Source: Thermoproteota archaeon
Lineage (GTDB): Archaea; Korarchaeota; JAOZGF01; JAOZFZ01
Assembly: GCA_027492035.1 (NCBI GenBank)
Contig: JAOZFT010000015.1
Location: forward strand, 1 to 64,000
Direction of reading: 5' to 3'
Length of the DNA stretch: 64,000 bases
Shown here piece by piece: positions 52,375 to 61,480 of this stretch (the first letter of the stretch is position 1; each line of letters opens with the position of its first letter). Made by a program: the position numbers and the translations under genes. The notes beneath the pieces were generated by a model. The model was not told where the DNA came from. It saw only the letters and a list, made by a program, of their open reading frames with translations, and did not search any database.

Positions 52375-53544
52375 TCAAACCTTGAAAACAGTAACTGCTG
52401 CTGTTCCACCTGACCCCCCCACGTTATGAGTTAAGCCTATTTCAGCGTCTTTAACCTGTCTAGCTGGCTTCTGAACAGTTTTTCGGAGTTGGTTAAATAT
52501 TTCATAAACTTGGCCTGTTCCAGTTGCCCCAATAGGATGTCCTTTAGCCTTCAATCCTCCACTTAGATTGACAGGTATTTCTCCTTCCATTGAAGATAAG
52601 CCCTCTTCAATAAATTTTCCTCCTTCCCCCCTTTCACAGAACCCAAGATCTTCATATGCAATTATTTCAGCTATTGTAAAACAGTCATGGACTTCAGCTA
52701 CATCTACATCTTTGGGTTTGATTCCTGCTTTTTTGTATGCCTCTCTAGCAGCCAGTACTGCCGCTTTTAAAGAAGTTATTGTCTCTCTATCATGTAGGGC
52801 GAGGTAATCTGTACCTGTACCGAACCCAGCCACGTAAACAGGTGAATCAGTGAATTTTTTGGCTATTTCGGCTTTACACAGCAGGACTGCTGATGCTCCA
52901 TCGGTAGTGGGGCAACAGTCGAAAAGATTTAATGGATAAGCTACCATTGGAGAATTCATTGCTTTTTCTAGGGTTATTTTATTCTGGAACTGAGCTTTTG
53001 GGTTAAGAAATGCATTTTTATGGTTTTTCACAGCCACCATAGACAGTTGCTCTCTGGTTGTGCCGTAGTCATGCATGTGACGGTTAGCCATTATTGCATA
53101 AAGCCCTGCAAAAGTCATACCTGCAAGTCTTTCGTACTCTGTATCCCCAGAAACTCCAAGCCAATACTTAGCCTTAAGAGATGAAACATCCCGCATCTTC
53201 TCAACCCCTCCTGCAATTACAACGTCATACATACCGGACATTATTGCTAAACATGCTTCTATGAAGGCAAAACCAGACGAGGAACATGCGTTCTCAATTC
53301 TTACTGCATGAACCCCTGGTAAACCTACATATTCAGCCATTAAAGCGGAAAGGTTGCCAAGCTGGAAACCTCCACTACCTAAACTACCAATGTAAACAGC
53401 ATTTATTTCTCTAGGTTCTAACCCGTTATCTACACTGTTTATTAATTCTATATAAGCATCTAAAAAAAGCTCTTTCACACTTTTATCGACTGATTCACCA
53501 TATTTGCTTTGACCAGCTCCAACAACAGCTACTTTACTCTCCAT
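52375..53544 (-). CDS. Archaeal/SCP2-type thiolase
   Basis: ENACSS, GVEKM, EVHDCFT, KGHPIGATG, HNVGG. Confidence 0.93.
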   Translation of the reverse strand: MESKVAVVGAGQSKYGESVDKSVKELFLDAYIELINSVDNGLEPREINAVYIGSLGSGGFQLGNLSALMAEYVGLPGVHAVRIENACSSSGFAFIEACLAIMSGMYDVVIAGGVEKMRDVSSLKAKYWLGVSGDTEYERLAGMTFAGLYAIMANRHMHDYGTTREQLSMVAVKNHKNAFLNPKAQFQNKITLEKAMNSPMVAYPLNLFDCCPTTDGASAVLLCKAEIAKKFTDSPVYVAGFGTGTDYLALHDRETITSLKAAVLAAREAYKKAGIKPKDVDVAEVHDCFTIAEIIAYEDLGFCERGEGGKFIEEGLSSMEGEIPVNLSGGLKAKGHPIGATGTGQVYEIFNQLRKTVQKPARQVKDAEIGLTHNVGGSGGTAAVTVFKV

Positions 53545-53663
53545 ACTGCTCCCTTACCCTTACTCCTTCTGTTTCTTAATTAAAAAATTAAAGATAATCA
53601 TTTATATATTGAAATAATTATTTAAAATTTTTTGACAGCCTGAACTTTCCGGATGTGTAAAAT

Positions 53664-54932
53664 ATGAATTACGACGCCGTAGTGGTTGGGGCAGGTGTCC
53701 TCGGTTTATCTACAGCTTACCACATCAAATTAGAAAATCCAGCTGAAAAAGTTTTGTTAATTGATAAGAACCCTGGGCCTGGACAAGGAAATTCAGGTAA
53801 ATCAGCTGAATGTTTCCGAAACATTTTCTACTCTGAAATTAATACTTTGTTAGCAGATACATCTATTGATTTCTTTTTCCATGTTCAGTATGAAAAGGGG
53901 TTTGACTTGGGTATACGCAAGGTGGGTTATCTTTTCCTGACAGCTGAAGAGGAACTGAAGCTTTTCAAAAAGGAGCACATAAAGAAAGGCCAGGTTAAGG
54001 TTTATGAAAGAGAAGACCTCAAGAAACTTCTTAAATTAAACCTAAACGTTGAAAAAGATAAAGAAGCCCAAATGCTTAATCTTAAAAACATCCAGAAAGG
54101 GTTTCAAATAATCAAAGCAGGTTACTTAAGTGTAAGCAAATTAATTGAGTTCTATGAATCAGAATTCAAGAGACTTGGAGGTGAAACACTTTACCGTACA
54201 AAAGTTAAAAAGTTGCTTATGAAACCTAAAGAAGAACTCAATATCATAGGTGAACCCCACATTTGGCAGGATGCAGAAGTAGTTGGTGTTGAAACTGAAA
54301 AAGGGAAAATTTACGCAAAAAAGACAATAGTAGCTACTGGTGCTTGGAGCAACACTTTACTTCACCCAGTAGGTCTAGAAACATATATGAACCCTAAGAA
54401 AAGGCAACTTTTTGTTTTGAAAGCTAAAACAAAAGAATTAAAAGATTTACTTTACTCGAAAGGGTTCAATAAAGAAGGAATACTTCCTTTCACCATTTTA
54501 CCAAAACCTCTAATTTGGATGAGGGCAACAATGGAGGAGAACACCTTCTGGATAGGGTGTGCAGATGAAATAGGTAGAAGTTTCAAACTTGAAGACGACC
54601 CTAAACCGGAAAAATACTTCTATATTTACGGAATAAGGCCTGTGCTTGAAAAATACTTTCCCCAATTCACAAACCAGGAACCTTTAAACATGTGGGCTGG
54701 TCAGTACGCAGTGAATTCCTATGACGGATGCCCAATAGTGTATGAAGAGAGTGGTGTTATTTATTTAACAAGTGCAACTGATAGGGGGATACAGATTTCT
54801 CCTTCCCTGGGAAAAATTGCTTCAGCTGTTTACTTCGGTGAAGAGTATGCTGAACTGTTTGGGGGCAGGAAATTTAAAGTAAGTGATGTAGGTATCAGAA
54901 AAAGGAAAATTGAGTATGAGCTAGTGCTTTGA
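53664..54932 (+). CDS. Second dye-linked proline-dehydrogenase-like FAD oxidoreductase
   Basis: Paralogue of 30366 (GEPHIWQDA, PKKRQ, EKYFYIYGIR, WAGQY, ELVL) with altered SATDRGIQ motif. Confidence 0.8.
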   Translation: MNYDAVVVGAGVLGLSTAYHIKLENPAEKVLLIDKNPGPGQGNSGKSAECFRNIFYSEINTLLADTSIDFFFHVQYEKGFDLGIRKVGYLFLTAEEELKLFKKEHIKKGQVKVYEREDLKKLLKLNLNVEKDKEAQMLNLKNIQKGFQIIKAGYLSVSKLIEFYESEFKRLGGETLYRTKVKKLLMKPKEELNIIGEPHIWQDAEVVGVETEKGKIYAKKTIVATGAWSNTLLHPVGLETYMNPKKRQLFVLKAKTKELKDLLYSKGFNKEGILPFTILPKPLIWMRATMEENTFWIGCADEIGRSFKLEDDPKPEKYFYIYGIRPVLEKYFPQFTNQEPLNMWAGQYAVNSYDGCPIVYEESGVIYLTSATDRGIQISPSLGKIASAVYFGEEYAELFGGRKFKVSDVGIRKRKIEYELVL

Positions 54933-54960
54933 AACCCTTTCCTCATGAATCAGTAAAGTT

Positions 54961-56427
54961 TTAGTTTTTGGATGTAACTTTGGCTATTTCTCTGGCCTGC
55001 TTTAGTATTTCTTCAACTCTTTCCCTTGTTTCAGCCGGTAAAGGTTCTATTTCATGTTCCTTCAATATTTTTAAGGCTTTCTCCCTTGTTCTTTTAACTA
55101 TATCTTTAGCTCCAAGTTTCATCCACATACTGTATGAAAAACTTCTATCCAACAATTCATTAATGAAATGTTCCTCCTTAAAGTATTTCCTTGTATGTTT
55201 AAGCTTTAAGAAGTTTCCAGCATGTCCAGCTTCCATTATTTCGTTTACAGCAAGTCTTTCCTCATCCACCTTTATTCCTTTCATGAAAAGCTTAGTTTCA
55301 CCTATTACCTCATCCGCAAAAACCAGTATCTCATGGGAAGTTGTAATTGCTGAGTCAATATAGCCTATGTCATGAATGAGGTTTTGGCCTCCGAGAGCCG
55401 CAACCATTAAGTTCCTTGTTGCCTCAGCAAAAGCTTGTCCGTCAAGCACCCGTGAATCTGAACATCCACCAGTACCCCACATCGGGATTCTTAAATAATG
55501 ACAAAGCTGAGCTTGTGCTGTTCCAAGCATCAAATCCTCAATTGCTCCATAAGAGGTAACTGTCGTCCTCATATCCATAACCATAGGTACAAAACCGAAA
55601 ATGAAAGGGGTGCCAGGGTTTATAAGTTGAGCTAAAACGTTTCCACCTATGGATTCCGCCATTCCTTGAACAATTGAACCAGCTAAAGTTACAGGGGCTG
55701 TTGCACCAGTGATTGGGCAAGGGGCGAAAACAACAGGTAACCCCCTCTTAACCCATTCAATCAAAGCTTCTACATAGATTTCGCCGTAAACTAACGGGGA
55801 TTGCGGTTCATCATACATGGAAACTATGGCTCTCCTTTTTAACTCCTCTTCACCACCCGCCACTTCTTCAGCTATTTTAATCATTAGTTTAGTCAATTCT
55901 GCACCATGGTAAGCGAAAACAATTGAGTGCTTCACTGTATTGGACATTATTGCATATTGTTCATAGAGGCCTTGAACCTCTGTCGGAACATCAAAAGGAG
56001 TAGCTAAACCCATTGCGTAATCAATGTTCGGTAACGCATCTGATAATTTAGCTGTGTTCGCTACGTCTTGAAGGTTGGTTTTTCTTCTTTCACCTGTTTC
56101 AAGGTCTATTATATGGGTTGTTCCACTGCTTGTGCCAAAAAAAACTTTCCTGCCTTCAATAATAAAATCTTGCTCTTTACTTCTTCCACAAAGCCTAACT
56201 CTCCTCGGTGCCTTCCTTAATGACTCCTTAACCAAATACTCTGGGAATTTAACTACTTTACTTTTATAATCAACTATTGCACCTGCATCTTCAAGTAGTT
56301 TAAGAGCTTTGTCATGCTCTATTTTAACTCCATGCATTTCTAAAACGTTAAGGATAGCGTAATAAATGTCTTCTATTTGTTCCTTGGATAAAATTTTCAA
56401 CTGTCCCCCCTTTAATCCTTTCCTCAT
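54961..56427 (-). CDS. mttB: MttB-superfamily methyltransferase, pyrrolysine-free (copy 3)
   Basis: GATAPVTLAGS, PGTPFI, SDSRVLDGQA, NLIHDIGY; Cys (55462-55464) at the Pyl-equivalent site. Confidence 0.92.
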   Translation of the reverse strand: MRKGLKGGQLKILSKEQIEDIYYAILNVLEMHGVKIEHDKALKLLEDAGAIVDYKSKVVKFPEYLVKESLRKAPRRVRLCGRSKEQDFIIEGRKVFFGTSSGTTHIIDLETGERRKTNLQDVANTAKLSDALPNIDYAMGLATPFDVPTEVQGLYEQYAIMSNTVKHSIVFAYHGAELTKLMIKIAEEVAGGEEELKRRAIVSMYDEPQSPLVYGEIYVEALIEWVKRGLPVVFAPCPITGATAPVTLAGSIVQGMAESIGGNVLAQLINPGTPFIFGFVPMVMDMRTTVTSYGAIEDLMLGTAQAQLCHYLRIPMWGTGGCSDSRVLDGQAFAEATRNLMVAALGGQNLIHDIGYIDSAITTSHEILVFADEVIGETKLFMKGIKVDEERLAVNEIMEAGHAGNFLKLKHTRKYFKEEHFINELLDRSFSYSMWMKLGAKDIVKRTREKALKILKEHEIEPLPAETRERVEEILKQAREIAKVTSKN

Positions 56428-56600
56428 TTAACTCATCACCTTACGTTTTACACGTATTGAAACCTGTTTCAAGTTTTTAAATTTTTTATTGATAATGTTT
56501 TACTTTTACCCTGTTTTAAAATAAATATTTTTGAAGAATGATTTCTTAGTTTTGGGTTCCTTAGTTATGTAGGGCTGAAAGTGAAACTCTTTTCGAAAAA

Positions 56601-57221
56601 TTAACAGAGCAAAACTAACCCAACTCTGACGATTTTGTCCTTAGTTGGAAAACTAATAGGTGCCCCTGCTCTTTTGCATGTTTCTACGACATCTATTCCT
56701 AGAGCCTCCATTGAGGGCCTAGCCATGAAAGGTTTTGAACAGAAGGGGGTCCCTTTCTTGAGGTTGCATTCCTTACATAATCTACACTGCCCTGAAGTTA
56801 ATCCTGCAGCAAATCTGTAACCCATTTGGAAAGCTAAAGCCTCAACTTTAGAAACTACTTCATAAAGCTTCATTGCACTTGGTGCAACTACTGCTTCATA
56901 ACCCTTTTCAGAATACGCTTCTGCCAGGTTGCTTTTACCTTCTATAACTTTGTTTTTCGGGATCTTATCAGTAAGTTTTATAAGAATAGCAACTCGATAT
57001 TTTTTCAAAACCTTTTTGAACTCTGGTAAAGAGGGTACATAGGGTGGACACATTAAATTGGTGTTGTAGTTTGGGCAAAGTGGAACTATACACTTAAATT
57101 TTACCCTTTCATCTAACACTATATCCTTTGTTGGTATTATTTTACAGAAGGAAGCACCTGACTCTTTAGCTTTTTCGCATAACCTGTTAAAAGCTGCATC
57201 CTCAGCTTTCTTTTCAATCAT
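56601..57221 (-). CDS. DUF2284 Cys-rich predicted metal-binding protein
   Basis: KC..PLCPNY....CPP, GQCRLCKEC, RPSMEALGIDV. Confidence 0.85.
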   Translation of the reverse strand: MIEKKAEDAAFNRLCEKAKESGASFCKIIPTKDIVLDERVKFKCIVPLCPNYNTNLMCPPYVPSLPEFKKVLKKYRVAILIKLTDKIPKNKVIEGKSNLAEAYSEKGYEAVVAPSAMKLYEVVSKVEALAFQMGYRFAAGLTSGQCRLCKECNLKKGTPFCSKPFMARPSMEALGIDVVETCKRAGAPISFPTKDKIVRVGLVLLC

Positions 57222-57232
57222 AGAAACACTTT

Positions 57233-59125
57233 CTAAATTATTTCGGCTACTTTATATGGTAACTCATTGAAATTGTCAAGGAAAGTGTAGTTTCCATTTG
57301 TGGCCTTTGACAAGTCTTTACAAAGATCTACACTTTCTTTTCTTCCACCTCCAATTCCTACCTGTACAACATTTAGTTTATCAAATTTTTTAGCCACATG
57401 TCTTGGATCTTCCCCTCTCGTAACCCAACCATCCGTTATGAGGATTCCTAATTTTTCACTTATATCTGCTCTTATGTTGGCTTCATCTAACTCATCTAAA
57501 CCCTTCTTTAAAGCCGTTTCTATGTTTGTCAACCCGCCTGTTTTTAAATTCAAAATTTTCCTTATCACTTCAGTTAGTTCTTCCTGTTCAAACACAGATT
57601 TTACCACTTCAGGTTTATCCTTAAAAGATATAACTGAGCAGTAATCATCTTTAAATTTAATAAGTAACGTAGCTGCTGCAATAGCTGTCAAAACTATTTT
57701 TTCCCTTTGCATGGAATTGCTTGTATCCAGCATCACAGCCACTCCAACTTTCCTCGGAATTTTCTGCATACACACTATGTCTTGGTAATCAATCACTTTT
57801 TTACCTATTAAGTTTTCAAAGGTTAAATCTTCATCTATTTCTTCCAATCCAGGAACAAATTCACTTCTTTCTTTACGTACTCTTCTAATCCTTTTTCCAG
57901 CTATTCTATGAGCAATCTCTAAAACCATTTTTATAATTAAATCCTCGATTTTCCTTTTTGTTACCGCATCTAAAGCTCTTTCACTAAGTAAAGAATAAAT
58001 TTTTATAACTGGCCATTCATAACCTTCTTTTTCAGCTTTCAAAACCAAATTTAAAACTTCATCATCACTTAATTTCTCAATAAAACCCGGTTTTTCAATT
58101 GCTTCCTTAACAGCTTCAATTATTTTTGTGTTCCGTTCCCGGAAAGAAACCCCTTGTTTTTTCCTATTTTCCACAATGTTTTGTCCTTGTTTAAGTTTAT
58201 TGCTATTGACTCCCCAGTTTTCATTTTTAGGTGTGAAGGGGTTACTACCCCAGTTAAGTTCTTTAAGAACAGAATAGACTATTTCTTTTATTATCTCGCT
58301 CAATTTCTTTTCCGTCTTACCTATTAAAGCAACTTTTGTGTACATTGCTGAAACAGCTAAGTTTACGATTAGTTCAGGGTTTAAGTCAGGGTTTCTTCTA
58401 TTTTTCACTAGTTCGACAAAATCTACAGCTCCCCTAATTGAGGCTCCATGTCTAAATTCAGGATGGACCCTTGTTTTTCTCATAATCTTGACAGCAAGTG
58501 TAAGTACTTTTCGGTCTTCGAACCCTGTTTCCTTCCTGACAATATCTATTTCCTCTTCTTCGCTTTGGTAACTTAACCCTATCCACACGAATCGGTCTCT
58601 AAGTGCTTCACTTAACCTGCTTGTGCCAACGTACTCTTGGGGATTTTGTGTAGCTATAACCAGAAAACCTTCCTTAGCCTTTATTACACCTATTTTTGGA
58701 ATGATAATTTGTTTTTCATCCATTGCAGGAAGCAAAACATTCTGTGTTCCCTCAGGCATTCTGTTAAGTTCATTTATGAAAAGAACACCACCCTCTATCA
58801 TTGCTTGAGTCAAGGGGCCTGGTATGAAGGACTTCCAGCTGTACCCTTTAGATAAGACAATTGGAGGATCAAACCAACCTGTTAATTTGTGTTCAGTGTA
58901 CCTTTCATCGCCATCCACCCGGTAAATTTTTCTCCCTAAGAAATTGGCTACAGCTGCAGCTAAAGTTGTTTTCCCTATACCTACAGGGCCTTCAAGTAAA
59001 ACATGTTTATTTGAAAGTGCAGCATTTAAGATGTTTTTCAGTTCCTCTTCTCTACCAATAATCCTATATTTCCTCTTTATCTTCTTTATGGCTTCCTCTA
59101 AATTGAACATTAGACTTCCCTGCAA
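57233..59125 (-). CDS. MoxR-type AAA+ ATPase fused to a VWA domain
   Basis: IIGRE, LEGPVGIGKT, FINELNR, ATQNP, ALRDRF; C-terminal MIDAS DTSNS..T..ITDG. Confidence 0.88.
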   Translation of the reverse strand: MQGSLMFNLEEAIKKIKRKYRIIGREEELKNILNAALSNKHVLLEGPVGIGKTTLAAAVANFLGRKIYRVDGDERYTEHKLTGWFDPPIVLSKGYSWKSFIPGPLTQAMIEGGVLFINELNRMPEGTQNVLLPAMDEKQIIIPKIGVIKAKEGFLVIATQNPQEYVGTSRLSEALRDRFVWIGLSYQSEEEEIDIVRKETGFEDRKVLTLAVKIMRKTRVHPEFRHGASIRGAVDFVELVKNRRNPDLNPELIVNLAVSAMYTKVALIGKTEKKLSEIIKEIVYSVLKELNWGSNPFTPKNENWGVNSNKLKQGQNIVENRKKQGVSFRERNTKIIEAVKEAIEKPGFIEKLSDDEVLNLVLKAEKEGYEWPVIKIYSLLSERALDAVTKRKIEDLIIKMVLEIAHRIAGKRIRRVRKERSEFVPGLEEIDEDLTFENLIGKKVIDYQDIVCMQKIPRKVGVAVMLDTSNSMQREKIVLTAIAAATLLIKFKDDYCSVISFKDKPEVVKSVFEQEELTEVIRKILNLKTGGLTNIETALKKGLDELDEANIRADISEKLGILITDGWVTRGEDPRHVAKKFDKLNVVQVGIGGGRKESVDLCKDLSKATNGNYTFLDNFNELPYKVAEII

Positions 59126-59180
59126 AAATGATTAGTAAGTACTAAGTTGCTAATGCTTCTTTAAAAAAAGAGGAAGGTAT

Positions 59181-60566
59181 TTATTTGTACCACTCTATTC
59201 CGATATCACTTAACTCCCTTTTAACTGATTCATATATTTTAATGTAACTTTTTGCGGGTTTCACCCTCTTTATGTCATAGCATTCTTGGAATTTTTTACC
59301 TAAGGGGGCGTTCTTGATTTTGTCACTATATTTCTTCAAAATCTCTTTCACGATAACGTTTGCATCTGTTCTTTTCATTCCCAATACTGAATACGCTATT
59401 TCAGCCGCAAATTTAGGTTCTAAAGGTGTGAAATAATCTTCATGCTTGTTTTTAGCCACCCCTACTGCCTCTATGTGGCCGCCGGAAACAATTGGTGAAA
59501 TTACTGACGCAGCGGTTTCGTAGAGAACCATGTCAGTATGAGGCCCTGCAGCCACATACACCAAAGGAATGGTTAAAAAGTTTGTGTTAAGGCTTACAGC
59601 TTGGGTGTAGACCGAATTTACCCAGATCAAGTCAGGGGTTGTGTTACAGACGTGCCATATGTGTAGAGGGAAGGGGCTGAAATAAACAGCTTTAAAAACA
59701 AGGCTTCCTAAAAAGTGATGTGCAACTGTTGAAACAGCTGACCCTTCAGGTCCTCCAGCGTATCCACCAACCATTGGGGAGAAGTCGATGTCAATGGGTG
59801 CACCAAAGGACATTATGGTACATGCTTTGTTTAATCTGTCAAAATCAACTTTCATAGGATCAAGAACCCCTATCATGAACCCATCTGACTGCCTTAGTCC
59901 ATATTTTGGATGTAAAGCAGCTGCGAGAGAAACAGCTGATTCAGCTGTCGAAAGGGTGTTCATGATAGGTATACCAGGTCTTCCAACTCTTCTCATTCCT
60001 TCTCTAGCTAAAACAGCATTTCTTATAGCTCCCAAAACCTCTAAAGGTGACCTGGGTCTAATTCTCATTCCATTCACATTAGTTAAAGCAGGGGTGGTGA
60101 TAGAGTTTGTTTCAGGTATAGAGGCATACCCTTCCATCAATGCTAGAAATATAGCTTCAGAAGATACTGGCCCACCTGCTGCACCTAAGAAGCACCATGG
60201 AGACTGTTTATCTTCAGGTTTTCTAGGCATCAATGCTTTTCTATCGTTTCCTTCTCCGAAATAAACCTTTTTTGGGGCTTTTCTCAATTCTTCCTTAACT
60301 TCCTCCTCACTAAACTTTATTACTCTACCAGTGTCAACACAATAGGCACCTGTTTCAACAAAGAATTCAAAAGCTGCATTAAAAACGTCTTTAGCCAAGC
60401 CGTTATCAGCTGGAACCAGTTCTTCACCGTCATACTTTATGTCATACTCCTTTACCTTCTCTCTTAAGTTTTTTGAATAAATTCTTAGTTCATAATCTCT
60501 TGGAAGTACAGGTTTACCTGTTAAAGCTTTCTCCATCACATCTAAAAACGTAACCAATTCTATCAC
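59181..60566 (-). CDS. mtmB: MtmB-family methyltransferase, pyrrolysine-free
   Basis: GRPG, GGYAGG, HI, AGP.T.M.L.E, APLGKKFQECYD match MtmB; Met (59961-59963) at the Pyl-equivalent site. Confidence 0.9.
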   Translation of the reverse strand: MIELVTFLDVMEKALTGKPVLPRDYELRIYSKNLREKVKEYDIKYDGEELVPADNGLAKDVFNAAFEFFVETGAYCVDTGRVIKFSEEEVKEELRKAPKKVYFGEGNDRKALMPRKPEDKQSPWCFLGAAGGPVSSEAIFLALMEGYASIPETNSITTPALTNVNGMRIRPRSPLEVLGAIRNAVLAREGMRRVGRPGIPIMNTLSTAESAVSLAAALHPKYGLRQSDGFMIGVLDPMKVDFDRLNKACTIMSFGAPIDIDFSPMVGGYAGGPEGSAVSTVAHHFLGSLVFKAVYFSPFPLHIWHVCNTTPDLIWVNSVYTQAVSLNTNFLTIPLVYVAAGPHTDMVLYETAASVISPIVSGGHIEAVGVAKNKHEDYFTPLEPKFAAEIAYSVLGMKRTDANVIVKEILKKYSDKIKNAPLGKKFQECYDIKRVKPAKSYIKIYESVKRELSDIGIEWYK

Positions 60567-60570
60567 TTCC

Positions 60571-61236
60571 TCACTTCTTCTTTTTTTCTAAAAGAGTAGC
60601 CGCCACTTTAACTGCATCCGTTGCAGTTTCTCCATACCCATCCGCGCCTATTTGTTCAGCCCATTCTGGAGTTGTTGGTCCTCCTCCAACTAAGACTATA
60701 TATTTCTCTCTTACTCCTTGGGCCTTTAAGTATTCAATAACATCTTTTTGTCCGCCAATGGTTGAGGACATTAAAGCTGAAACAGCTATTATATTTGCCC
60801 CGAATTTCTCTGCTTCTGTGTAAAATTTAGCTGCTGGAACATCCACCCCTAAATCCAAAACATCGAAACCGTTAACTTTCAGCATTGTTGCCACTACATT
60901 TTTTCCTAATTCATGAATATCTCCCATCACTGTACCAATTACGACTTTACCCTTCTTCTCCTCAAGTTTTGCAGTTTTAGGTATATGGGGAAGCAATATT
61001 TTCAAGGCCTTATCCATAGCTTCACCAGCCATCATCAAATCTGTTAAGAATATTTCCATTTTTTCAAATTTTTCCCCTACAATTTTCATTCCTTCAGCCA
61101 GTCCCTTCTCTATTGCTTCTAAAGGATTAATGTTTGCTTTAATTATTTCCTTGGATAAATTAACTACCTCATCTTCATCTATTTCAATAATAGCCTTCTT
61201 TAACTTGTCAATTAGCTCAGCGCCCTTATTACTCAT
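60571..61236 (-). CDS. Corrinoid (B12-binding) methyltransferase cognate protein
   Basis: GTVMGDIHELGKN, DLGVDV, SALMSST, VGGGP..IGADG; 4 bp upstream of mtmB. Confidence 0.93.
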   Translation of the reverse strand: MSNKGAELIDKLKKAIIEIDEDEVVNLSKEIIKANINPLEAIEKGLAEGMKIVGEKFEKMEIFLTDLMMAGEAMDKALKILLPHIPKTAKLEEKKGKVVIGTVMGDIHELGKNVVATMLKVNGFDVLDLGVDVPAAKFYTEAEKFGANIIAVSALMSSTIGGQKDVIEYLKAQGVREKYIVLVGGGPTTPEWAEQIGADGYGETATDAVKVAATLLEKKKK

Positions 61237-61480
61237 TTACTCTTTCACCTCTCGGGTTCCCCCCTCCTGTAAAAATTTTAAATAATTGATGTTATTTTAG
61301 GAATAAGTGCCAAAAAATATTTTTAAATTTAACTTTTTTCTCTCTCCTAAGGATCAGTTAAGAAGATTTCTGGAAGAATCTTAATTGGAGGGTAGCCGTG
61401 AAAATTAAAGAATAGAAATTGAAGGGAAAAACTTAATTAAGACAACTTCTGCATTTCCCCCAATTTTTTGCTTTTTGTTT

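Noticed and set aside
27743-60566. Pyrrolysine (amber) recoding in mttB/mtmB
   Set aside because: All four ORFs are uninterrupted, with sense codons (GCC, TGT, TGT, ATG) at the Pyl-equivalent sites; no pyl genes seen.
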